Below are positions 19,725-29,071 of a stretch of 64,000 bases of DNA, piece by piece. The notes beneath the pieces were generated by a model, which had not been told where the DNA came from, searched no databases, and worked only from the letters and a program-made list of their open reading frames with translations. The stretch lies in NCBI GenBank assembly GCA_044229845.1, contig JBGASG010000010.1:32001-96000 (forward strand). Reading direction: 5' to 3'. A program made the position numbers and the translations under genes. The stretch's first letter is position 1; every line of letters begins with the position of its first letter. This stretch comes from Candidatus Obscuribacteraceae bacterium (GTDB lineage: Bacteria; Cyanobacteriota; Vampirovibrionia; Obscuribacterales; Obscuribacteraceae).

Positions 19725-20183
19725 TTATTTGGTCTTCGGCAAGATCACTGTCGGCATGTCGGAAATTGCCTTGTCGTCCACATCAGCAAACTTGACGTTT
19801 TCCTCGATTGATTTATCGAAGATTTGTTTGAGCGTCGTCTGCTTCCTGTCGTAAATCACCAGCCCCCAGTAGGGCTTGAAGATAGAAACATCGGCTTTAA
19901 GTACGCCGGGAGAGGTACGCATTCTCTGGGCCACACGGCGCAGACAGGCGACGCAACTGGCTCCAGTGACTCTGAAATCCGCCCGCTGCAGAGCGGCCGG
20001 AGTCGCCTTACCGGTCGGCGTCGCAGCGCTTTGACCGGCAGCTGTGGACTTTGCCGCCTTGGGCGCTGGTTTGCCAGCAGGCGCCTCCGGTTTGGACGCA
20101 GCGGCTGGTAATGCCAGGACCGAAATTGCCATAGCCATTAAAAGTCCAGTTCTCACAAATACCTCATTTCCCGAATGCCGCAC
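19725..20183 (-). CDS. Secreted heavy-metal-associated (HMA) domain protein
   Basis: Signal peptide, FRVTGASCVACLRRV...PGVLKADVS (HMA CxxC). Confidence 0.8.
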   Translation of the reverse strand: MRHSGNEVFVRTGLLMAMAISVLALPAAASKPEAPAGKPAPKAAKSTAAGQSAATPTGKATPAALQRADFRVTGASCVACLRRVAQRMRTSPGVLKADVSIFKPYWGLVIYDRKQTTLKQIFDKSIEENVKFADVDDKAISDMPTVILPKTK

Positions 20184-20368
20184 CCAGTCAATAAAAGTTA
20201 TAACCGGTCCGAGCCGCCCAGCTATTGTGAAATGGCATTAAGTTGATACAATATTAATGTTTCCAGGAGCTCTCTCCCCTGAACTGGGCATAGAGTTCTT
20301 GGGATTCCAAATAGAACTCCCGACCTCACTTTACTAAAGGCCGATTTCCCTTGAGAGGAAATAGAATC

Positions 20369-20812
20369 ATGTTGCGTCGTCGTCGTACGTCTGGTTCCGC
20401 CATTATGGAAACTGGTCCGGCGCTGTATGTGTTTTTGCTTTTGATCTTTTTCCCGATGGTAGATTTGCTTTTTATGGGCGTCGACTTCTGCGGTTCCTGG
20501 TACATGAACCATCTGGTGGTGCGCGAACTGGCTCTGCGCAAAAAATCCGAGTGGCCAAATGCCATCTCGCAAGTCGTCACTCCGTTCACCAACGCCGGAG
20601 TCGGACAGTTCATGCACATAACCGGCAGCTCTCATGTGCCGATCAATGTCGGCCAGCCGACCGACGGTGAGCGCATGAAAGTGCAGTGCGACAGCACCGT
20701 CACCTGTGCGCCGTTTCTGCAATTACCAATTCCCGGTTCTATTCCTGGACTTTCCGGACCGGTGACTTTCAGATTCTCATCCGAAAGACCTCGAGAGAAC
20801 GACTTAGACTGA
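20369..20812 (+). CDS. TadE-like pseudopilin
   Basis: RRRRTSG|SAIMETGPALYVFLLLIFFPMVDL. Paralog of 13420..13887. Confidence 0.8.
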   Translation: MLRRRRTSGSAIMETGPALYVFLLLIFFPMVDLLFMGVDFCGSWYMNHLVVRELALRKKSEWPNAISQVVTPFTNAGVGQFMHITGSSHVPINVGQPTDGERMKVQCDSTVTCAPFLQLPIPGSIPGLSGPVTFRFSSERPRENDLD

Positions 20813-20813
20813 C

Positions 20814-21251
20814 ATGAAGACATCAAAACGACTCCGACGCGGACAAAGCATAGTTGAGACAGTGGTTGGTATCATTTTTCTGATCCCAATTGTTCTGTTT
20901 CTGCTCGACGTTTCAGTGCTGGTAATGGCCCAGACCGCCAACGACAACCTGGCGAAAAGCGCCGCCCGCGCCGCCGCCAGCGCTACTCCAGGACCGGGAC
21001 AGACTGGCACCTCGTCCGCCGGACAGGCAGCCGCTCAACGCGTACTCAACAACTTTGCCACCTCTTCGATCATTACATCGAAAACAATGCCGACGTTCGA
21101 TTACGATATGAGTACCGGCAACGTCACCGTCGGCACGCAAATCGTCGTCAGACCGCCGGTCGTCTTCCCTGGATTCAGCCAGTTCAACTTCAACGCCCGC
21201 GCCACAGAACCGATTGTTTCTATTCCACCAACGGCATCTAGCGGCAGCTAA
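20814..21251 (+). CDS. TadE-like pseudopilin
   Basis: RLRRG|QSIVETVVGIIFLIPIVLFLLD...LAKSAARAAA. Confidence 0.85.
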   Translation: MKTSKRLRRGQSIVETVVGIIFLIPIVLFLLDVSVLVMAQTANDNLAKSAARAAASATPGPGQTGTSSAGQAAAQRVLNNFATSSIITSKTMPTFDYDMSTGNVTVGTQIVVRPPVVFPGFSQFNFNARATEPIVSIPPTASSGS

Positions 21252-21256
21252 AACAC

Positions 21257-22474
21257 TTGATGCGTTCATTCACCATATATGGTGCCAGACCGATCGCCCT
21301 GGCAACCGTCTGTGTGTGGATGCTTGCCGCAGGTTCGTCCGCTGCGGCGGCGCCAGTGGCGTCCGCCGCAGACATGCAGCAACTGGCAGACGTCGTCAAA
21401 AGCCATCCAGACGATGCGCAGGCTCGTTTGCAGTTGGCGCTGGCACTGGCCAAAAACGGCTTCCGCAGCCTGTCCGCAGATCAATTGCAGGAAGCCGACC
21501 GCATCCAGCCCGGCTTCGTGCGCGAACGATTCCATAGTTTCATGCGGTCCGGACGGCAGTCAGAACAGAGGGACAACTGTAAGTGGATTGTCTTTTACAT
21601 CCTTCGTCAGAACCCCGAAGACGCCGATGCATTGCTGCTTACAGCGACTTCACTCTCCGCCGGGGGACAGGCAGACCTGTCGCGCTCAGTTCTCGAGAAA
21701 GCCATCAGAAATGCACCACGCCATCTCGGGTTGCATGCGGAGTTGGCACGCGTGCTCAACGATCAAAAGCAGTTTGCGCCGGCTTACGCCGCCGCCGCCC
21801 AGGAGCTTGCCATCGACCCAACCAGCGCCCCGGCGCGCTTCGAGTACGCGCGCGCACTGCTGGAACTGGGCAATCAATCACAGTTTGTCAGCGCCACGTT
21901 GCAAGCAGCCTACCAGCAGGATCCTAAGAATCGCGACAAGAGTCTGCTTTTCGCCCGCTGCCTGATCCGGCAGGGGCAATATCAAAAGTGTCTGCCGCCT
22001 TTGCTCTACAACATCTCCGCACTGGCTCCCCCGCAAGAAATAGATGAAACCGACGCACTTCTGGCGACCGTGCTGGACCACCTGCCAGGCAGCTCGATCA
22101 AGTTGCAAGCAGATAAGCTGGCAGCCGGGATACCCGACCCTTTCATGAAAGGCTACTTTCACATGCGCCTGGGAAGCATTTTCGACGGCAAGGCGCAGTA
22201 CGCTCAGGCAAATGAGGAGTATCTGCAAGCCATAGAGACGCATTCGCCATTCGAAGGCAGTGCTTGCTTCCACCTCGCCCACAACCTGGATACAAAATTT
22301 CAGGATCCGCAAAGAGCTCTGCCTTATTACCGCCAAGCCGCCGTCCTCAAACCATACGACAATCAGGTCCAGCGGGTGACCGCACGCACGGAAGACCGCT
22401 GCCGCAACCGTCCCCGCGACGTGGCAGGGCAGTTGAAGTCGTTTTTGTGGCGTAACGTGAACAAAGCCAGGTGA
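21257..22474 (+). CDS. Secreted TPR protein with C-terminal DVAGQ motif
   Basis: Signal peptide, TPRs, ends RCRNRPRDVAGQLKSFL. Confidence 0.85.
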   Translation: MMRSFTIYGARPIALATVCVWMLAAGSSAAAAPVASAADMQQLADVVKSHPDDAQARLQLALALAKNGFRSLSADQLQEADRIQPGFVRERFHSFMRSGRQSEQRDNCKWIVFYILRQNPEDADALLLTATSLSAGGQADLSRSVLEKAIRNAPRHLGLHAELARVLNDQKQFAPAYAAAAQELAIDPTSAPARFEYARALLELGNQSQFVSATLQAAYQQDPKNRDKSLLFARCLIRQGQYQKCLPPLLYNISALAPPQEIDETDALLATVLDHLPGSSIKLQADKLAAGIPDPFMKGYFHMRLGSIFDGKAQYAQANEEYLQAIETHSPFEGSACFHLAHNLDTKFQDPQRALPYYRQAAVLKPYDNQVQRVTARTEDRCRNRPRDVAGQLKSFLWRNVNKAR

Positions 22475-22521
22475 CGATTTCATGGGGATATGATCCTGCA
22501 CGTATCTGTGGGAGGTTTCTC

Positions 22522-24252
22522 GTGAGCAAGCGCATCGGTTTCTTTACTCTGGCTCTCCACACTCTGATGATTCTCGCCCTGGTCGTGCAACCACCTGCGG
22601 TGCGCGCTCAGACGTGGCAATCCAGCCAGCCGAAACTGGTGCTGATGATTGTGCTCGATCAGTTCAACTACGATTACCTGAACCGCTTCCAGGACAAACT
22701 GGGCACGGGCGGCTTCCGGCTGTTGATGGAAGGTGGAGCACACTTTACCAACTGCAAGTACACTCAGGCGACAACACAGACGGCAGTCGGACATTCGATT
22801 ATCGCGACCGGCGCTCTGCCCTGGGCGACCGGCGTCATCGCCAATGACTGGTACAGCCGCGGAAAAGACAAAGAAGTGCTGGCGGTCTCCGACGACTCCG
22901 CGCAGATGGTGGGCGCCAACGGCCCCGGCGCCAGCGCCCGCGCCATGCAGGGCAGCACCATCGGCGATCAGATGAAGTTGGCCACCAACGGCCGCAGCAA
23001 GGTGATCACCATTTCGCTCAAAGACCGCGGCGCCGTTTTTCTGGCCGGCAAGCTGGCCAATGAAGCTTACTGGTGGGATATGCGCACCGGCACTTTCGTA
23101 ACCTCCTCGCAATACGGCTCGACACTCTCCGGCTGGGCCAAGACTTTCAACGACAGCCACTATGCCGACAAATTCTACGGCAAGCCCTGGCAGCGCCTGC
23201 TGCCTGAAACTGCATATGGTGCCTCGACCAAAGACGACTATGTTTACGAGCGCCCGATTCCCGGAGACGGGCGCCAGTTTCCGCATGTCATCACCGGTGG
23301 TGGCGCAGGTCCCGGACCGGAATTTTACGGCGCCTTCGCCATGTCGCCGTTTGCCAATCAGATGCTCGCCGATCTGGCTCGTGAAGCCATCGACCGCGAG
23401 AGCCTCGGGCAGCACACCGACCCCGACATGCTCGGCATCAGTTTCTCCGCCACCGACTACGTAGGTCACAGCTTCGGACCGTACAGCCAGGAAGCGGAAG
23501 ACATGTTCTTGCGCCTGGACCAGAGCCTGGCCAGCCTGTTTGTCTTCATAGATCAGAAGATTGGACTGGACCGCTGCTTGATTGTCGTCACCGGCGATCA
23601 CGGCTCGATGCCGATTCCGGAGTTTCTCAAAGAGCGCGGTCTGGATGCCGGACGGATTGATCCCAAAGCCTTCAAGACGCTGCTCGATTCGGCTCTTGAC
23701 GCGCGGTTGGGAGCGGACGATTGGATTACGTCTTTCCAACCGCCTAACCTTTACTTAAACCTGGCGACAATCGATAAGCAAAAATACAGACAGCCGGAAG
23801 TAGAATCGCTGGCCGCGAAGTTGTCCCACGGCATCCCCGGTATCTCCGAAGCATATACAGCAGGACAGTTGTTCGCCAACAACATGCCCAACGGGCCGCT
23901 CACGGAGAGCGTGCGCCAGGGCTATTATTGGGGTCGCAGCGGCGAACTGGTGATATTGCCGAAGCCGGGATATATATTCAGTTCCGAACCGACCGGCACC
24001 AGCCACGGCAGCCCGTATGCCTACGACGCGCAAGTGCCGCTCTTGCTTTACGGCACCGGTATTCGTGCAGGCAAATACGGCAACAGCTGCGCTCCGCAAG
24101 ACATCGCACCGACGCTTGCCACTGTGGTCGGCACGGCGGCGCCATCGCTGTGCGAGGGACGCGTTCTTACCGAATGCCTCTCGCAAGTGCAGGGGCCGCC
24201 CCGTCCCGCCAACATGCCGCTTGCAGCCCCGGCCGATGCGCAAGTGAAATAA
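22522..24252 (+). CDS. Alkaline phosphatase superfamily protein (PafA-like)
   Basis: PKLVLMIVLDQF, TQTAVGH (Thr nucleophile), SLKDRGA, TDYVGH, TGDHG, TSHGSPYAYD. GTG start after GGAGG. Confidence 0.92.
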   Translation: MSKRIGFFTLALHTLMILALVVQPPAVRAQTWQSSQPKLVLMIVLDQFNYDYLNRFQDKLGTGGFRLLMEGGAHFTNCKYTQATTQTAVGHSIIATGALPWATGVIANDWYSRGKDKEVLAVSDDSAQMVGANGPGASARAMQGSTIGDQMKLATNGRSKVITISLKDRGAVFLAGKLANEAYWWDMRTGTFVTSSQYGSTLSGWAKTFNDSHYADKFYGKPWQRLLPETAYGASTKDDYVYERPIPGDGRQFPHVITGGGAGPGPEFYGAFAMSPFANQMLADLAREAIDRESLGQHTDPDMLGISFSATDYVGHSFGPYSQEAEDMFLRLDQSLASLFVFIDQKIGLDRCLIVVTGDHGSMPIPEFLKERGLDAGRIDPKAFKTLLDSALDARLGADDWITSFQPPNLYLNLATIDKQKYRQPEVESLAAKLSHGIPGISEAYTAGQLFANNMPNGPLTESVRQGYYWGRSGELVILPKPGYIFSSEPTGTSHGSPYAYDAQVPLLLYGTGIRAGKYGNSCAPQDIAPTLATVVGTAAPSLCEGRVLTECLSQVQGPPRPANMPLAAPADAQVK

Positions 24253-24337
24253 AGCCCATCTAGTCCGAGAGTGCAGATGCCGCATGGCATCGTGGTTTAG
24301 AGCGGAAAGATAACAGCAAGTCTGGTATCTTTTTGCT

Positions 24338-27253
24338 ATGTCAAATCAAAAAACTCTGTTGCTCGTCGACGGAAGCTCTCTGGCATTCCGTTCGTTCTTC
24401 GCGCTGCTGACTTCCGGTTTGCGTCGTTCTGACGGACAGCCGACCTGGGCTGTCTACGGATTTTTCAATTCCCTCTTCGACGTTCTCGAACGTTGGACGC
24501 CCGATTGCATTGCTGTGGCATTCGACGTGGCGAAAAAGAAGACATTCCGGCACGAAGAATTTCAGGACTACAAAGCCGGACGGGCGGCTATGCCCGATGA
24601 CCTGTCAGTGCAGTGGCCCGTGATCAAGCAGGGGCTGGAAGCTTTGAAAATTCCCATCTACGAGCTGGAGGGCTACGAAGCGGATGACGTCATCGGCACC
24701 GTCGCCAAGAAATCCATCGACCAGGATTTGCAGGTCTTCATTCTTACCGGCGATCACGATGCGTTCCAACTACTGGACGGCAAAATCCAGGTCCTGATGC
24801 CGAGCACCAAAGAAGGGCTAAAAACATACGGGCCGCAAGAATGTTTCGACAAACTGGGTGTCTGGCCGGATCAAATCACAGACTACAAAGGATTGTGCGG
24901 CGACACCTCCGACAATATTCCCGGAGTGCGGGGCATCGGTCCGAAGACCGCCGTGCAATTGCTGACGCAGTACAAAACTGTAGAAGGCATCTACGAGCAT
25001 CTCAGCGAACTGAAATCTGATGCGATGCGCAAGAAACTCGATGAGGGCAAACAAAGTGCTCTCATGAGCAAGAGCCTGGCCACTATTCATCCGGATGTGC
25101 CTTTCGAACTCGACTTCGAGCATTGCCGGCTGACCATGCCGGAAATCGAAACCGCCACCAGCTTTTTCCGCGACATGGAATTCAACGCCATCCTCAAACG
25201 CCTGCCGAAAATTCTGTCGCGCTTCAACAACGGCGTCACCCCGGACATCGACCCGGCACTTCTGGAGCCGCTCAACAAGGCTCGCCGCAGCCGGCGCCCG
25301 AACACCGAAGAGGTGGAACCAGGGCATTACGATCAAGTTGCACCGGCGGCCGCCACCATTGCCATCCAGGAGCGCCTGCCACTATATACGGTGCAGCCCA
25401 TGGACAAGCCGACGCCGCTTGTAGTGCGCAATACCCAACAACTGAGCGACCTGCTTTCGGAAGTAAGCAGTTGCACGGTGCTCTCCATCGAGTTGGGTCT
25501 GACCAACGCCGCTTCCCTGGAGGGTGACATCGCCGGCATAGCGCTGGCCTGGTCAGCGGCTGCCTCCTACACAAGCGAAAGTCGATTTGCTGCGGACGCC
25601 GAGAAATGGAGCGTGCGTTCGGCATATATTCCCCTGACACACAAGAGCGACGGCGAGCAGGTGGACAGCGGCACTGTTCTCAAAGCGCTGAAACCGATTC
25701 TGGAAAACAAGGCAATCGGCAAAGTAGGCTTCAACTTAAAACACTCTATGAACGCCGCTTCGTTGAAAGGCATCGCAATTGCACCTTTGCTCTTCGACCC
25801 CATGCTGGCCAGCTACATCGTCAACCCTGATGACAAACACAAATTGAAAGAGCAGGCAGAGCGGGCTCTTTCCTACTCGCTGCAAGACATCACAGAGCTC
25901 CTGGGCACAGGCAAGAAACAGATCACCGTCGACTACCTGCCGGTCGACAGCGCGGCGCAAGCCCTGGCAGATGCGGCTCGCGTCAGCCTGGAGTTGACGC
26001 GCTATTACGCGCAGTCGGTCAACACCGATCAAGACTACCTGATGTGGGAGATGGATCTGCCACTGGCGACCGTACTGGCCCGCATGGAACAAAACGGCGT
26101 CAAACTGGACGTGCCGTTTTTCGAAAGCTATGCCGTAGAGTTGGCGGCTGATATCGAGCGACTAGAGAAAGAGATCTTCGAACTTGCCGGTCATGCCTTC
26201 AATATAGGCTCACCGCTGCAACTGCAAAAGGTGCTCTTCGAAGAACTGCAATTGCCCACTAAGGCAAAGACCAAAACCGGATATTCCACCGATGCATCGG
26301 TTCTGGAATCTTTGAAAGAACATGAAATCGTCGCCAAGATTCTGGAATACCGGCAGTTGAGCAAATTGCAGTCCACTTACGTGGTGGCATTGCCCCGCCA
26401 GATTTCATCACGCGACAACAGACTGCACGGCGAATTCAATCAAACAACCACCGCCACCGGTCGCCTTTCTTCCACTAACCCCAATCTGCAAAACATTCCC
26501 ATCCGAACGGAGCGCGGAGGTCGCATCAGGAAAGGTTTCATAGCCAGTGACAGCGATCACCTGCTGGTGTCCGCCGATTATTCGCAGATCGAGTTGCGAC
26601 TCCTGGCACACATGTCCGGCGACGAGAGGTTGATCGAAGCTTTCGGCAACGATGAAGACATTCACTCGCGCACCGCCCGTGACATCTTCGATGTGTCGGA
26701 GGAAAACGCAGTGACAGCCGACATGCGCCGCGTCGGCAAGACGCTCAATTTCGCCCTCATCTATCAGCAAGGACCCTTTGCCACCGCCCAGTCGCTCGGC
26801 ATACCGACGCGTGAAGCGCAAAAGTTTATCGACAAGTACTTCGCCACCTATCCCAAAGTGCGCGCGTTCATGTCGGGCACCATCGCCAGTGCCCGCCAGA
26901 CCGGTTATGTGGAAACATTGTGGGGACGCCGCCGGTACTTCGCTATGATCAACGATCGCAACGACGCGGTTCGCAAAGCTGCCGAACGCGCCGCTTGCAA
27001 CGCACCGCTGCAAGGCAGCGCCGCCGATCTGATCAAACTGGCGATGGTGCGCCTGGAGAAAGACTTCCAACAAGCAAACCTGGATGCCAAATTGATTCTG
27101 CAGGTACACGACGAACTGGTTTTCGATGTTCCGAAAGACCAGCTCGAACCCACAAAAGAAGCGATCAAGCTGGCGATGGCAATGGATCAACCACTGCGAG
27201 TGCCCTTGCGCATCGATGTCGGTTGCGGCAGCAACTGGGGCGACTGCAAGTAG
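24338..27253 (+). CDS. polA: DNA polymerase I
   Basis: 5'-3' exonuclease (DGSSLAFR, YEADD, GDTSDNIPGVRGIGPKTA) and polymerase motifs (TGRLSSTNPNLQNIP, ADYSQIELR, LQVHDEL). Confidence 0.98.
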   Translation: MSNQKTLLLVDGSSLAFRSFFALLTSGLRRSDGQPTWAVYGFFNSLFDVLERWTPDCIAVAFDVAKKKTFRHEEFQDYKAGRAAMPDDLSVQWPVIKQGLEALKIPIYELEGYEADDVIGTVAKKSIDQDLQVFILTGDHDAFQLLDGKIQVLMPSTKEGLKTYGPQECFDKLGVWPDQITDYKGLCGDTSDNIPGVRGIGPKTAVQLLTQYKTVEGIYEHLSELKSDAMRKKLDEGKQSALMSKSLATIHPDVPFELDFEHCRLTMPEIETATSFFRDMEFNAILKRLPKILSRFNNGVTPDIDPALLEPLNKARRSRRPNTEEVEPGHYDQVAPAAATIAIQERLPLYTVQPMDKPTPLVVRNTQQLSDLLSEVSSCTVLSIELGLTNAASLEGDIAGIALAWSAAASYTSESRFAADAEKWSVRSAYIPLTHKSDGEQVDSGTVLKALKPILENKAIGKVGFNLKHSMNAASLKGIAIAPLLFDPMLASYIVNPDDKHKLKEQAERALSYSLQDITELLGTGKKQITVDYLPVDSAAQALADAARVSLELTRYYAQSVNTDQDYLMWEMDLPLATVLARMEQNGVKLDVPFFESYAVELAADIERLEKEIFELAGHAFNIGSPLQLQKVLFEELQLPTKAKTKTGYSTDASVLESLKEHEIVAKILEYRQLSKLQSTYVVALPRQISSRDNRLHGEFNQTTTATGRLSSTNPNLQNIPIRTERGGRIRKGFIASDSDHLLVSADYSQIELRLLAHMSGDERLIEAFGNDEDIHSRTARDIFDVSEENAVTADMRRVGKTLNFALIYQQGPFATAQSLGIPTREAQKFIDKYFATYPKVRAFMSGTIASARQTGYVETLWGRRRYFAMINDRNDAVRKAAERAACNAPLQGSAADLIKLAMVRLEKDFQQANLDAKLILQVHDELVFDVPKDQLEPTKEAIKLAMAMDQPLRVPLRIDVGCGSNWGDCK

Positions 27254-27335
27254 CGGCTCCTCATCCTGGCGGGGAACAGAAACAGCCCGTTCACGTCTTG
27301 CCAGAAGCGAGTTGATTTCTGGATGAGAACAGGCA

Positions 27336-27731
27336 ATGGACGCAAGCTCCTTTTTTTCGACCGCAGGAGAGTTGAAAAGCCTTGTTTCACGTTATTTGGC
27401 GGCAGGAGCTCGCAATACCGCACCGGCGGTGCTGCTTAAGTTGAGCGCGGACGACAACGAACATGTGCGCAGGCGGGTGGCCGAGAATCCCAATACACCG
27501 GGACAGGCGCTGTCTGCGCTGTCACAGGACGACGTAGATGAAGTACGCCTGGCGGTGGCTCTCAATCGCAGAACTCCCCCGCAGGTCCTGCAACAGCTTT
27601 CAGACGACTTAAATCCTGAAGTGCGGTTTGCCATCGCCGCCAACGAGACGATGCCGGACTCCATTCTTCTCGGTCTTTTCCTGGATGCAGATCCCTGGGT
27701 GGCCGACCGGGCAAGCCAGACCTTGAGTTGA
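27336..27731 (+). CDS. Leucine-rich-variant / HEAT-like repeat protein
   Basis: 24-aa repeats LSxDxxxxVRxxVAxNxxTP. Confidence 0.85.
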   Translation: MDASSFFSTAGELKSLVSRYLAAGARNTAPAVLLKLSADDNEHVRRRVAENPNTPGQALSALSQDDVDEVRLAVALNRRTPPQVLQQLSDDLNPEVRFAIAANETMPDSILLGLFLDADPWVADRASQTLS

Positions 27732-27778
27732 TCGACCTTTCTGTATAATTGCCTGCGGAGCACAGATCCGAGGCATGA

Positions 27779-29071
27779 ATGTTGGCAATCAGGTTAATCG
27801 CCGTCGCCGTTCTGGCGTCCATGATTTTTTGTGCCGCAGCTCAGGCGGCGGGGTTGAGCGACGCTGATATCGCGCCTTTCGAGAAGCGTCTCAATTCCAA
27901 ATACCCGCTCAGCGAATCTCAGTTGCAGCAACTGGACGCGCTCATCAAGGCCCATCCGGATGAAGCATATTTGCATTACTTGCTGGCTCGCCATCAGAGG
28001 CGGTTGGGCTATACACAACTCGCCGACGAGACGGTCAATACTGCCCACAGCCGCCCGGACGCCTCCGGTCTCTTCAAAAAACTGATGGAGCAGCAGGTTG
28101 CCAATGCCGAGATCGACCGGGCGCTCAACGTCATGAAATATGCCAATCACTGGCACTCCAACAGCGATATCGGCATTGCCCTCACTGCTTTCTACTTTAA
28201 CGAGGAGGCGCTGGTCGCACCCGCTGACAAACAAGCGGAGTTGAAGCAGAAAGTAACTGTCGAAATTGCCCGCCTGGCATCGCACAAAGAGACCTGGCCG
28301 CCGGGCGTCGGCGGACTGCTGGGACACATAGAGTACACGCAAGGCAATGATGCACGGGCTATCGAATTCGCCGATATCGACTTGCGTAAAGACCAGCACT
28401 TGCAATTGGCCAACCAGGTGAAAGGGTTGGCTCTATTTCAGCAAGGAAACATGAAGGCATCTATACAGCCCCTGTCGGAAGTATTCGCCGCCAATCCCGA
28501 GAACGGGCGCACCACACCATCGTACGCCCAGGCTTTGATTGCCTGCGGACAAGACAAGCAAGCGCTGGCGCCCGCTTTCTATGCACTGACGCAAGCCAGC
28601 GACGCCGCGCAGCTCAAGGTCTTCGAGAAACGCCTGACGCGCCTTCTTTTGCGACTGGACGGACCGTTCGTCGATGCCACCATCAGCGATGTCACTCGCA
28701 GAGCCCGCTGGACGTCGCAGTTTTACACGTTTTATTTCGCACTCGCCGAAGCCTACGAACAGATACATAAGCCGGAGCAGGCACTGCGCTGCTACGCGCT
28801 GGCCTGCTCATACAACAAAGCGCCGACGACCGCGCTGTCCCGCATGGGCAGGCTGCACCAGAACGCCGGACGCTATAAAGAAGCGCACGACTGTTATGCC
28901 CTGTCGGCTCTCTCCAATCAGGAGAATATTTCGGCCAAGTTGGCCTTCAATCGCCTCGCAGACCGCCTCGCCAATCGCGATAATGACGTGGCCTGGCAGC
29001 TGCGCGACTGGCTGCGCCGCACGTTCTGTTTCACTGGAAAACGCGGTGCCCAGTCCTCAACACGTTCTTGA
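27779..29071 (+). CDS. Secreted TPR protein with C-terminal DVAWQ motif
   Basis: Signal peptide (AAAQA), TPRs, RLANRDNDVAWQLRDWL. Confidence 0.85.
   Translation: MLAIRLIAVAVLASMIFCAAAQAAGLSDADIAPFEKRLNSKYPLSESQLQQLDALIKAHPDEAYLHYLLARHQRRLGYTQLADETVNTAHSRPDASGLFKKLMEQQVANAEIDRALNVMKYANHWHSNSDIGIALTAFYFNEEALVAPADKQAELKQKVTVEIARLASHKETWPPGVGGLLGHIEYTQGNDARAIEFADIDLRKDQHLQLANQVKGLALFQQGNMKASIQPLSEVFAANPENGRTTPSYAQALIACGQDKQALAPAFYALTQASDAAQLKVFEKRLTRLLLRLDGPFVDATISDVTRRARWTSQFYTFYFALAEAYEQIHKPEQALRCYALACSYNKAPTTALSRMGRLHQNAGRYKEAHDCYALSALSNQENISAKLAFNRLADRLANRDNDVAWQLRDWLRRTFCFTGKRGAQSSTRS

Noticed and set aside
22480..23739. 419-aa minus-strand ORF and similar long antisense ORFs (36649..37536, 26408..27190, 58317..59048)
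   Set aside because: They lie opposite well-supported genes, which is typical of GC-rich codon bias.
25440..25800. PolA proofreading domain lacking obvious catalytic acidic residues
   Set aside because: Inactive 3'-5' exonuclease domains are common in bacterial Pol I.
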